NCBI RefSeq assembly: GCF_001194135.2
Contig: NC_069005.1
Span: 34,000,283 to 34,051,595 of the forward strand
From: Octopus bimaculoides
Lineage: Eukaryota
DNA: 51,313 nucleotides
Direction: 5' to 3'
Shown: positions 1-11,452 of the stretch, in pieces
How positions within the stretch are numbered: the stretch's first letter is position 1
Layout: each line of letters opens with the position of its first letter
The notes under the pieces: model-generated
The model's database searches: none
What the model was told of the DNA's origin: nothing
The model's input: the letters and a program-made list of their open reading frames with translations, nothing else
Translations under genes and position numbers: made by a program

Positions 1-69
<69 letters not shown>
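1..69. repeat. Compound (AT)n-(CA)n microsatellite
   Basis: Perfect AT run grading into an AC run. Confidence 0.97.
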
Positions 70-70
<1 letters not shown>

Positions 71-1530
71 GCACACTCACCATACGTACACACACATACA
101 TCATACATACACGCAGACATATAACTACACATGTGTGTATGTGCATGTATACACCACAGTAAAGAAAATGATGGAGATCGAGAAACTGGTAAGAGTCAAT
201 AAGTAAGGCTGTCCAACGACGAGTAACTACTGAAACATGGATAACTCGCGGTTATGTCTTTGTAGCAGCCATTTTCTCTAAGACTGCAATTTTCCGCTCG
301 GTGTCGTAAAGTGATTTGCTATTATTTGAAGTTGATGATATTTCCACTAGAAAGAAGAAAAAAAAATTAATTATCTGAATTATGTGGTGAAATACAGAGA
401 CGCCATATTCTGAGAAAGTATGTTTTTATATGTCTACTTCGATATGACAGTACTATCTGTTAAGATATAAATATATATATACATACGTACACATAAATAT
501 TTGTGTGCCTGTGTCTATATTTCTCTGTATAATGTACCTATATTTTTATACGTATATAAGCATATACGTACAGAAGCGTTTGTGTATATATACATATTTA
601 TATATATATATATATATNNNNNNNNNNNNNNNNNNNNNNNNNNNNNNNNNNNNNNNNNNNNNNNNNNNNNNNNNNNNNNNNNNNNNNNNNNNNNNNNNNN
701 NNNNNNNNNNNNNNNNNNNNNNNNNNNNNNNNNNNNNNNNNNNNNNNNNNNNNNNNNNNNNNNNNNNNNNNNNNNNNNNNNNNNNNNNNNNNNNNNNNNN
801 NNNNNNNNNNNNNNNNNNNNNNNNNNNNNNNNNNNNNNNNNNNNNNNNNNNNNNNNNNNNNNNNNNNNNNNNNNNNNNNNNNNNNNNNNNNNNNNNNNNN
901 NNNNNNNNNNNNNNNNNNNNNNNNNNNNNNNNNNNNNNNNNNNNNNNNNNNNNNNNNNNNNNNNNNNNNNNNNNNNNNNNNNNNNNNNNNNNNNNNNNNN
1001 NNNNNNNNNNNNNNNNNNNNNNNNNNNNNNNNNNNNNNNNNNNNNNNNNNNNNNNNNNNNNNNNNNNNNNNNNNNNNNNNNNNNNNNNNNNNNNNNNNNN
1101 NNNNNNNNNNNNNNNNNNNNNNNNNNNNNNNNNNNNNNNNNNNNNNNNNNNNNNNNNNNNNNNNNNNNNNNNNNNNNNNNNNNNNNNNNNNNNNNNNNNN
1201 NNNNNNNNNNNNNNNNNNNNNNNNNNNNNNNNNNNNNNNNNNNNNNNNNNNNNNNNNNNNNNNNNNNNNNNNNNNNNNNNNNNNNNNNNNNNNNNNNNNN
1301 NNNNNNNNNNNNNNNNNNNNNNNNNNNNNNNNNNNNNNNNNNNNNNNNNNNNNNNNNNNNNNNNNNNNNNNNNNNNNNNNNNNNNNNNNNNNNNNNNNNN
1401 NNNNNNNNNNNNNNNNNNNNNNNNNNNNNNNNNNNNNNNNNNNNNNNNNNNNNNNNNNNNNNNNNNNNNNNNNNNNNNNNNNNNNNNNNNNNNNNNNNNN
1501 NNNNNNNNNNNNNNNNNNNNNNNNNNNNNN

Positions 1531-1572
<42 letters not shown>

Positions 1573-1577
1573 ATACT

Positions 1578-1920
1578 CTTCACAGAATACTCGAAAAAAA
1601 CCCAGCAGAGAAAGAATTACAAACTCTGAAGATTTGAGGAGAGCCAATGTGTGCAGCCAGCACGAAATTGTACAAAAATAAGCGGTAGACTCCCGCATCA
1701 TGTTCTCCGACTGCCAGAAAGACGATTAGGCACGATAACTATACAATATGTACCACAAGAAGCTCGAAGGAGGAGAGCGAAACCCAAGAAGGCTTGACGT
1801 GCCAACTTCAAAGAAAATCTGAAGCATTCTAGCATCGCCTGAGAAGATGCTGGCGGCTAAACTATAACTCCGTGTCTTGGAAACCCCTTGTTGCGCAGCG
1901 TACGCGACGACCTAAGTCTA
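1578..1920 (+). mobile_element. Decayed 3' end of an RTE-clade non-LTR retrotransposon ORF
   Basis: With frameshifts it translates as RITNSEDLRRANVCSQHEIVQK / HVLRLPERRLGTITIQYVPQEARRRRAKPKKA*RANFKENLKHSSIA*EDAG / SVSWKPLVAQ. This matches the RTE C-terminal pattern (ITNxEVL, GHVxRM, RxRGRPKxxW, W-E-D, WRxLV). Two expected Trp codons are TGA. Confidence 0.8.
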
Positions 1921-2092
1921 GTTTATGTGTGAGCGTTTGGACAATCGGATGCGCAAGGAGTCGTGTTAGCGTTGATTTGTGGATTCGATTATGGCAAGGG
2001 TTAGCTCATCATTTTTCGGTCATTTGTTTGTATTTAAAAATTGTCGCTTCAAATCGGAGATTATATATTATTATGATATATTATTATACAGT

Positions 2093-2128
<36 letters not shown>

Positions 2129-2220
2129 CAATGTATGTGAGTGTATGGGTGTGTGTGTATGATTGTTAGTGTATGTGTACTTGTGTANNNNNNNNNNNNN
2201 NNNNNNNNNNNNNNNNNNNN

Positions 2221-2259
<39 letters not shown>

Positions 2260-2925
2260 TTCTCTTACTCACACATGTTTTCATGGGTAAAAGTATCGAA
2301 ATCCTAAAACATTAGAAGTCATTTTCAACAGCAACAACTACAACAAAAAGGCTGAAAATGTCTTATGAAAAGTTTTTCTTCTTCACAATGAAAAATAACC
2401 ATTTTTTCTTCTTCATAATCTCTTGGAATTCTATTGTTTTTAATTAATTTAGCTTTCTTTTCATCCTCTGAAAAAAACTGGGTTTTTTTTTCCTTTCTAG
2501 TTTCCACGAGTCTTCTTTCAAATTCATTCTTTCTATTACTTGGGCCGCCGTCTTCCAATTCTCTCCTCTCCTCTTTTACTCTTTCATCTCTTTCCTTTTC
2601 TTTCTTTCTTTCTTTCTTTCTTTCTTTTATTTTGGTTAAGTTCTCCTCCAGTAATTGTGTTTCTTGAAAATGTTTCTTCAGATAATTTTTTTAATTTAAA
2701 TATTTTATATTTTATATAAGAACCGTTCCTTCTCTCGGCTCTGTCTGACTCAGTAGCCTTTCGTTCTATTCAGCTTTTGTTAGGTCTTGAATATTTTCAT
2801 CTGTTAAAAAGTACAAGTGCGTGTCAGTCTATGTATGTATGCACACGTCTCTGTGTTTGCCTGTGAGCACGTGTGTGTGTATGCGTGTTTGTATGTGTGT
2901 AGATACATATAATATATGTAATAGC

Positions 2926-2990
2926 ACTGTACCCGGAACCATGTCTTTGGCAAGCAAGCTTCTTACCACACAGCCTCGCCTACGCCTATT
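2926..2990 (-). mobile_element. tRNA-derived SINE family A, 5' head fragment
   Basis: Reverse complement reads ggcgaggctgtgtggtaagaagcttgcttgccaaagacatggttccgggtacagt, homologous to the heads at 8475-8640 and 9335. Confidence 0.75.
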
Positions 2991-3503
2991 ATAGAAGTAT
3001 TTTAGAATATTTTAAGATATGTAGATACGTATAAGTAAAAAAATCTATAAACATACATATATGTATGTATATATGCGTGTATGTATGCATGCATATGCAC
3101 TCACACACACACACACACACACAAACCCACACACAATTTGCGAACGCTATATACTTACTTTCACACATATATGGCGTATATTTTCCAAAATCTTTTCACT
3201 CTGTTCCATATTTATCGTGTAAACTAAACACAACAAGGCTACATATTTTCTCTTTATGGTCCCCCCCCTCTTTACATCGAGCATTTTGTGGTGTTTTGCC
3301 TCAGATTAGGTCGGTCGATATGTGTTGCGTTTAACACATAAATATATCAATTTATCATATATATATGGCTGAATTTCGTATATTCAATATGCTATACATA
3401 TATCTGTGTGTATGCATGGACGTGTATATACATGCATATATGTATGTGTGTGTGTGTGTATCTATAAATATGTATGCTTATAGATAAAGAAACGGTGAAA
3501 GAG

Positions 3504-3534
<31 letters not shown>

Positions 3535-3799
3535 AATTCAGATATGCAGATGTGTGTGTGGATGTGTGCGTATGTGTTTGTGTGTGTGTTTGTGTGTGTG
3601 TTTGTGTGTGTGTTTGTGTGTGTGTTTGTGTGTGTCTATAGCAGTGTGAGAATTCTCATCCGCCACCCCGAATACACCCAGTTTATGCAGTACATCCGCA
3701 CCCACTTCATCTCATCACACAATCGATGACGAAAATCTTTAAAAACAAAGAAAAATATATTTGAAAAATTAAATAAAACTTAAACAAACAAAAAGAAAA

Positions 3800-3938
3800 A
3801 ATCGCGACTAATTGTTGGTTTGTTTTATTTAAATGATAGTTTAATTGCATTTCATTATTGCTGATTTGACAGTTGCAAATTTGATGCATAACTGTAACTA
3901 TTCTGGTGCATTTCCTGAAATAAATTCCAGCAGACATT
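3800..3938 (-). other. Candidate 3'-terminal exon of an unidentified minus-strand transcript
   Basis: On the minus strand: a pyrimidine tract of about 55 nt ending ttgttgcag| at 3939, short frames to stop (xCLLEFISGNAPE* or NVCWNLFQEMHQNSYSYASNLQLSNQQ*), AATAAA at 3829-3824, then a U/GU-rich tract. Confidence 0.35.
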
Positions 3939-4163
3939 CTGCAACAAAGAGAATATAAAAGAAAGAAAAACAAATATCCGAGAAAAAAAAAGAAGAACAT
4001 TGCATGTCGTTGCAAAAGAGATCCATAGATGTGTGTTTGTGTGAACGTATGGATGTATGTACGCAATAGACACACACACATATATATGCCGAATAGATAT
4101 ATACATATATATCTATATATATATATACATATATGCCGAATAAATATTGATGTCCATAGATGC

Positions 4164-4198
<35 letters not shown>

Positions 4199-5129
4199 NN
4201 NNNNNNNNNNNNNNNNNNNNNNNNNNNNNNNNNNNNNNNNNNNNNNNNNNNNNNNNNNNNNNNNNNNNNNNNNNNNNNNNNNNNNNNNNNNNNNNNNNNN
4301 NNNNNNNNNNNNNNNNNNNNNNNNNNNNNNNNNNNNNNNNNNNNNNNNTATATATATATATGTATGTATGTACTTATATTTTTACACAAAAGCATACTAC
4401 ACATACACGCACACACAGAACTACCACCAGAACTACCACACACACACACATATATATACGTGTATATGTGTAGATCTGTAATATAGCTGTGAGTGGTTAT
4501 TTGTTCGTCTGTTTGTGAGCGTTTATATGTGTGTGTGTGTTTGTAGATAGTAAAACCTATCTCATGTAGTAAAAAGTGATAACTTAACAGTATTAACCAG
4601 GATAATCTTATGTTTCTAAATCAGGCAGCACTCTCTACTGAGATAACAGAAAATAATTTCAGGGACGTCTGGTCGTTGATCCAGCCTGCAAAATTTTTAT
4701 GGTCATAGAAACGACTCTCCATTTCCATAAATAAGAAGAACGATCAAGAAGTACTCTTCGATACGTTATCCTGCATCCTGGGCCTCGGTGAATGAGGATA
4801 TTGAATGAGAAAAGCAGAAAACTATGGAATAGTGGTGGGAAAATGCTAATGGGACAAACGTTATCTGTTAACATATTGAACTTTTGCCAATTAATCGATC
4901 AGCCATGATCTTAATATAGAGGGCGTTAGCGGTACTAAGAACCGGGTGTTAGAAGCCAATATACATATATTTCAGAACACAATACATATATACATACATA
5001 CATACATATATATATACATATATATATACACATATACATATACATATATACATATACATACAGGTTAACTCTCACTCTAACCAAGGTCAATGGGATAATG
5101 AATTTTCCAGCAAATTTTAATTGTGAGGT

Positions 5130-5230
5130 GTTCGGTCGATGTGAGTCTTTGGTTGAAGAAACTTGCTGAAGATACCATGCTGGGTGATCAAACTCGAAAC
5201 TATGTAGCTACGAAGTACTCTTCTTAATCC
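5130..5230 (-). mobile_element. Degenerate SINE family A head fragment
   Basis: acttgctgaagataccatgctgggtgatcaaactcgaaactatgtagctacgaagtactcttcttaatcc aligns loosely with the reverse complement of the family A head. Confidence 0.45.
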
Positions 5231-5535
5231 TGACAATCTACATATGATAAGTCTGTTCGAAACAACAGCCAATGTTTCCTCAATGCGCCTAAAACAAAGG
5301 ACGAACTCGATGGATCATACAGTCATCAATACTTCCCAAATGAGGAGACGGTCGTGTTTGAAATAGCGTTCATGAGCGCGTTGTAATACCAGTAATGTAT
5401 TTGGGTAGATACGATAACTGACTACAATTCTTTGGTCCAGTATCATAATATGTAATAAATATACTAACACACCACAGAAGGCCAAATCAAACAACCACAG
5501 TAACAACATCAACAAAATCAGAAGAGAAACTACAG

Positions 5536-5593
<58 letters not shown>
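5536..5593. repeat. (CTA)n microsatellite
   Basis: Perfect triplet run. Confidence 0.97.
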
Positions 5594-5796
5594 CGCTGCT
5601 GCTGCTGCGACTATCCACCCGAACAAATGTTAGTATCCCTATCAAAAAAACCTGCATGCATAATTGTTACCAATAACAACAACAATAACAAAAACTCAAA
5701 GGTTATTGGTGGAACAAACACTAACGACAAGAAGAACAACTACAACAATATTGGCGTCACCACCAAGAAGTACACTAACATCATTGCCATCCTTAT

Positions 5797-5797
<1 letters not shown>

Positions 5798-5846
<49 letters not shown>
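5798..5846. repeat. (ATC)n microsatellite
   Basis: Perfect triplet run. Confidence 0.97.
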
Positions 5847-5847
<1 letters not shown>

Positions 5848-6006
5848 TGTCATCAGCATCGTCACCATCGTCACACATATATACACATACGTACATATAT
5901 ATACATATACCCTTACATAAAAAGGAATTAGCACATGCAAACACCCACCACATTCATATAAATATATACGCGCGTACGCATACATGTATGCGTATATAGG
6001 AACATA

Positions 6007-6048
<42 letters not shown>

Positions 6049-6655
6049 TGTATGTATACACACACACATGCGCATACACAGATACACACAGTAATGTATA
6101 CATATGTAGAGCTGAATAACAATTGCGAGTTGAACAGAAAACTTTTTCTACTGTTTCTGCTTTTTTAAAGAATTTTATAATAATATTCTGGTACACACAG
6201 ACCAAGCCCTAACCGAACCCAGCTTCTGTCTACACCACGCCATTTGCATCCAACCTTAACCCCCAACACTCCACCGAACCGCCAAACCACTGTCTACACC
6301 AGAACCACACAACATATTAAATACACGCGCACAGACACTACATTACACACACACACACNNNNNNNNNNTGATGATGATGATGATAAAAGGAAGATGATGA
6401 TGATTATGATGATAACAATAAAAATAAGAATAACAACAAAAACAGCAACACAGCAAAAGTAACAATGCAACAACTGCAACAACAACAACAACAACAATAA
6501 CTGCAACAACACCAGCAGCAGCAGCAGCAGCAGTGATACAAACGGAATAGAGAGGCGAAAAGGAACAAAATGAAATAAAAAGCAAAAGAAAAAAAAGAAC
6601 AAAATGAAATAAAGTATTTCGAGAAATTTTAGCGGAGACTTAATAGCGTTAAAGT

Positions 6656-6658
<3 letters not shown>

Positions 6659-6717
<59 letters not shown>

Positions 6718-7010
6718 TCATAATAATAATAAATGATGATGATGATGATGATAATGATGATGATGATGATGATGATGACAACGATGATGATGATGATGAC
6801 GATGATGATGACGATGATGATGATGATGAAAATAATGTTGAAGATAATGATGGAAATGATCATTACGAAGGCAATGATAATGGTGATGATGATAATGATG
6901 ATGATGATGATAGTATTAATAATAATAATAATAATGATAATAATAATAATAAGAATGATAATAAGAATAATGATAATAATAATAATAGTAACAACAATAA
7001 TAATAACGAC
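6659..7010. repeat. Compound (AAT)n/(GAT)n trinucleotide array
   Basis: AAT run, then GAT with GAC interruptions, then a degenerate AAT/AAC stretch. It is the source of the poly-D/N/M/I ORFs. Confidence 0.95.
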
Positions 7011-7385
7011 GAAAGTTTGGACGGTTTTCTGTGGCTTTGGGATTTCTGCCAGAAAGAAAACTGCATTTTGAAATCTAAGTTTATTGCTTCGGTTTGATTT
7101 ATTGTTTTTCTGCTACAACAGCAGTAGCAGATGTTGCTGTTGCTGTTGTTGTCGTTGGTGGCAATAGTGGTGGTGGTGGTGGTGGCGGTGGTGGCGATGA
7201 TGATGATTTAGATGTTATTTTTGTAGTTGTTACTGTTGATGTTGCAACTGCTGTTTGAAAAGAATTTGTTCGTTTGCAAAATATGAAAAAAAAACGTAAA
7301 AATATAAAAGAAAAACAAACAAACACATAAAAGATGAAATATTTTTGTTTGTGCATGTGTTTCTTTCATGCAAGTGTGTGTGTGC

Positions 7386-7418
<33 letters not shown>

Positions 7419-7527
7419 NNNNNNNNNNNNNNNNNNNNNNNNNNNNNNNNNNNNNNNNNNNNNNNNNNNNNNNNNNNNNNNNNNNNNNNNNNNNNNNNNN
7501 NNNNNNNNNNNNNNNNNNNNNNNNNNT

Positions 7528-7571
<44 letters not shown>

Positions 7572-7689
7572 TTATATATGTGTGTGTGTGTGTGCGTGTT
7601 TTATATATGTGTGTGTGAGAGTATGTTCTTGTTTGTTTCTGTGTATGTATGAGTGTGTATGTATGAGTGTGTGTGTGTGTGTGCGCGTG

Positions 7690-7835
7690 TGGGTAATATG
7701 GAAGTCCATACAGACAGGCAGATAAGAACAAACCGACCAGACATCCTCACAAAAGACCACAGATCCAGGTCTTGCGCATTAAATTGCTGTGTCTTGTCCA
7801 AATGACAATAGTATCTCGGTAAAGGAGTTTGGAAG
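7690..7835 (+). mobile_element. R4/Dong-clade LINE fragment covering the restriction-like endonuclease active site
   Basis: Translates as MEVHTDRQIRTNRPDILTKDHRSRSCAL, then after a frameshift VSCPNDNSISVKEF. This matches the R4 RLE motif WDxxVxTDxxIxxNRPDIxxxD...IDVxxPxDxxxxxKE. Confidence 0.8.
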
Positions 7836-8033
7836 TATTTAATTGAAATGCACAATACGAAATGATTATAGATTTGTGCAGAAGCGAAATGAGCAGATAA
7901 GAAATAACACGGACCAAGGTGTTGAATTAATAACGTTATGCCATTGAAGGAACGTTAAGAAACTTGTCTATTTTTCCATTTATGACTGGCACAACCAGTC
8001 ATTTGAGCATTCTGTAAAGATTTGGAAGATTAC

Positions 8034-8329
8034 CAGTAACGATGGACACTGGCACATTGGAGAGAAACGCATTTGAGGTTTGTAAACATTATCTGTACAT
8101 CCTTATATAACATTGGTTCATCCTGAACGTTTTGCGAACCTGTGGATGATTTATGGATGTTTTGCAAACTGTGGCGAATGTTTGTTTTAATTGAGAAACT
8201 CTTGAGCGAATAGGTTCCAAAGCATGATAAGATGACACTGAGATATATTAATTCACTGAAATGTGGAGACCAAAGCTTAACTGGCAGATATGGCTGTGAT
8301 CGACCCTGAAGAAGTAAAGTGCCCCTCAT
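8034..8329 (-). CDS. Candidate 296-nt exon, product unknown
   Basis: Acceptor tttttactaatacttcag| at 8330, donor TG|gtaatc at 8033, and phase 0 open throughout (MRGTLLLQGRSQPYLP...VHRY). No recognisable homology. Confidence 0.2.
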
Positions 8330-8474
8330 CTGAAGTATTAGTAAAAAAATAAATGAATGATAGTTATGATGTGTCTGTCAAAGAAATAGAGAAATTACCC
8401 AAATTTCTAGGTCATCCCATAGGGGTTTCGGTTGCAGACACACAAATACACACATAAACAAATACATATATAAA

Positions 8475-8640
8475 TACGACGGGATTCTTTCAGTTTCCAT
8501 CTACCAAACCCACTCACAAGTTTTTGATCAGCCTGAGGCTATAGCAGGAGACACTTGCCCAAGGTGTCACGCAGTGGGACCGAACCCGGAACCATGTGGT
8601 TAGTAAGCAAGCTGCTTACAACACAGCCACGCTCGCGCCT
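8475..8640 (-). mobile_element. tRNA-derived SINE family A, 5' half
   Basis: Reverse complement has an A-box-like gtggctgtgttg, a B-box-like ggttcggtccc, then ccttgggcaagtgtc...ggaaactgaaagaatcccgtcgta running into (TA)n. Confidence 0.88.
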
Positions 8641-9145
8641 ATATATTTAAAAACATGTAATAAAAATCCACCCCTTAATCACTAAACAAACTCATTAGGG
8701 TCAGTAGAACACGAAACAGAGTTTAGTTGAAGAGACTGGAACAGGCTTAACTCAGCTCACGCGAAAGACAGCTACACACACAAACTTCGACACAGACACA
8801 CGCATACACAGACATACAGACATACACATTTACGCACACATGCGCGTGCAACTTCACTTAGAGAATTATCAATTAACACCGATTAATTAACAATGAATCA
8901 AATCGAGAAAAAATAATGGAAACGCTGAAGTGTAACATTATTTCTGACAGCTCACCATATCCATTAGGGTTATTTTTATCTCTTGTTATTGATGTATTGC
9001 TTACGTGGACGGCGTTGGCTGTTGACGCTCGTCTCTCAATACACTGACCGCTTACAAGAGGATGCACCACCACGAGGGAAGTCTCTCAAACCGCTTGACC
9101 CACATACATTAAACATTTCACCTGGACACACACATACACACACAC

Positions 9146-9192
<47 letters not shown>

Positions 9193-9334
9193 GACGCACA
9201 GAATTATGACCAAGCTGTAATTAATGACGCGTTGTGATTTTGTTGAATAAACATTAAAGAAAATAGGGAGTTCGAAGGATTGTATCGTACGGAAGAGACA
9301 ATAATAAGCGTTATTTGACGAAAATCTCTATGAA

Positions 9335-9600
9335 AGGATAGACGTGGCTGTGTGCCAAGTAGTTTGCTTTCCACCTACATGGTTCCGGGTTCAGTCCCAC
9401 TGTGTGGAAACTTGGCAGACCGTGTTCCATAGTTGCTTTTGCTAGAGCAAAGCCTTGAGATTGGCTTTGATAGAGGGAAACTGAAAGAAGCCCGTCGCAA
9501 AACAGGAGTCGATTCGTTGGAATAACATTCTTCGAAGCGGTGCCCCAGCATGGCCGCAGTCTAATGACTGAAACTAAAAAAACGACAATAGACAAAAGAT
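9335..9600 (+). mobile_element. SINE family A, internally deleted copy (head joined to distal tail)
   Basis: Head gtggctgtgtg...ggttccgggttcagtcccac...ctgaaagaagcccgtcg is followed within about 45 bp by the tail gcggtgccccagcatggccgcagtctaatgactgaaac. Confidence 0.85.
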
Positions 9601-10128
9601 AAAGCGATAGGCTTTATAAAACAGGAGATGCAAAGATGGACGACGGGATTACGTTGCTATGTTACATACATATTTTTCTGCTACATTTTCACCCAAAGAC
9701 AGAACAACGGCAATTTCTTGAATACATTTTCGAGAATATTTCACCAATTTAGAATTTACATTAAAAAAACCGTAAATGGTGGAAACAAGAGAAATAGAAG
9801 AACGCAAGGAATGATATGATGAAAGGACAAATCACCAAAAGCGTTGCAAATAAAATCGTTTACCTGTGTTTGATTGTCTATGACTTCTCTTTCTAACAGA
9901 AGTAGTGAAACAAAACTCCATTTAACACGCTGACATGCGTCCGCAGACACACGCCCACGCGCACACAGACACACACACACACAAACACATACACACTAGA
10001 TTTTATATGTGAAGACGTACACATACATACATATGTGCAAATATTTGTACGTAGACACGAGCATACATATACAATCCTATATCTATCTATCTATCTATCT
10101 ATGCATAAATATATACAGATGTGTGAGT

Positions 10129-10167
<39 letters not shown>

Positions 10168-11230
10168 CGCACACATAGACAAGCGTAAACACGCGCGGTG
10201 AAAATCACGTTTCAGAAAGTTTATCCATCTCTGTATGTTTGGTAAAATGATGCTGGCTAGAATTAAATTAATGCCATGACTATCGATTCCAGCCATGTTC
10301 TCTGAAAATCCTCAATTCCACACCAAATTTTCTATGTCAGCTTTTTCCTTCTAATGATATAAACACGTCAATAGCACATCAATTACTCTTGGTGAATAGA
10401 CGTTTAAACATCTTAACTATTAACTAACCATGTTTATAGATAGGCCTCTGTCTACAAATATGTGCGAGTGTTTTGTTTGGTATATGCGTGTATATATACG
10501 TGTATATATATGCACATATATGCACATACATGGATGTATATATGCGTGTGCATGTTTGTGTGCGGGTGCGTCTATGTATTTATATATCTGAATGCTTTTT
10601 GCGGGCCATTTGCATCAATGAATGTAGTTACGTGTATTTCTGCGTGAGTGTAAGTCTGTTATGTACGAGTGTAAGTGTGTGTATATATATATACATATAC
10701 ATATACATATACATATATATACATATATAAGTATATAAACACTCACATATACATATATACTATATATATATATCTATATCTATCTACATATATGTGTATG
10801 TATGTGTCTATATATACATATGTATGCATATATAAATACATACATACGTACACGCATACTCACATGCACAAATACACACACACATATATCTAAACGAAAT
10901 TTTCTCTTTATCCAGATAAAAACGCACGCAAACTCACCCCTGCATCACCACCCCAGCGCGCCTGTTCACCTACATGTAGTCTAGACAATTGCACTCAATT
11001 ATAGCCGCTGACAGCGGATTTCGAAGCAATCCAACACAAACAGTTCCAAGAAGATTGGCTCAATTCAACAAAGGATGAACTCGAAGTGGTTGAGGGAATG
11101 TGAAGAGACGGCGGCAGAGGTATGCTCTGATTAGTATGGAAGAAGCCAGTATTTTATGCTGCCAGCTATACCGTACACGAAGGCTCCAGTCGTGCGATTG
11201 CTTCGGTTGAATGCTGACGGCTTTCTAATT

Positions 11231-11452
11231 TTGGTTTCAGGTTTTGTCACAAGGTGAGCAATTATGAGGAAGGGTGCAAATTGATTACATCGGCCCCCCC
11301 CCACTTGCCCAACTGGTACTTATTTTATAGACCTCGAAAGGATAATAGTCAGAGTCGACCTTTTCGGAATTGGAACTCAGTACATGAAGCCGGACGAAAT
11401 GTCGCGAAGCATTTTGACCGGCGTGCTAACGGTTCTGCCAGCTCACCACCTT
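11231..11452 (-). mobile_element. tRNA-derived SINE family B, near full length
   Basis: Reverse complement reads aaggtggtgagctggcagaaccgttagcacgccgg...gagttccaattcc...gtcgactctgactattatcctttcgaggtctataaaataagtaccagt. Homologous to 44425 and 44995. Confidence 0.85.
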
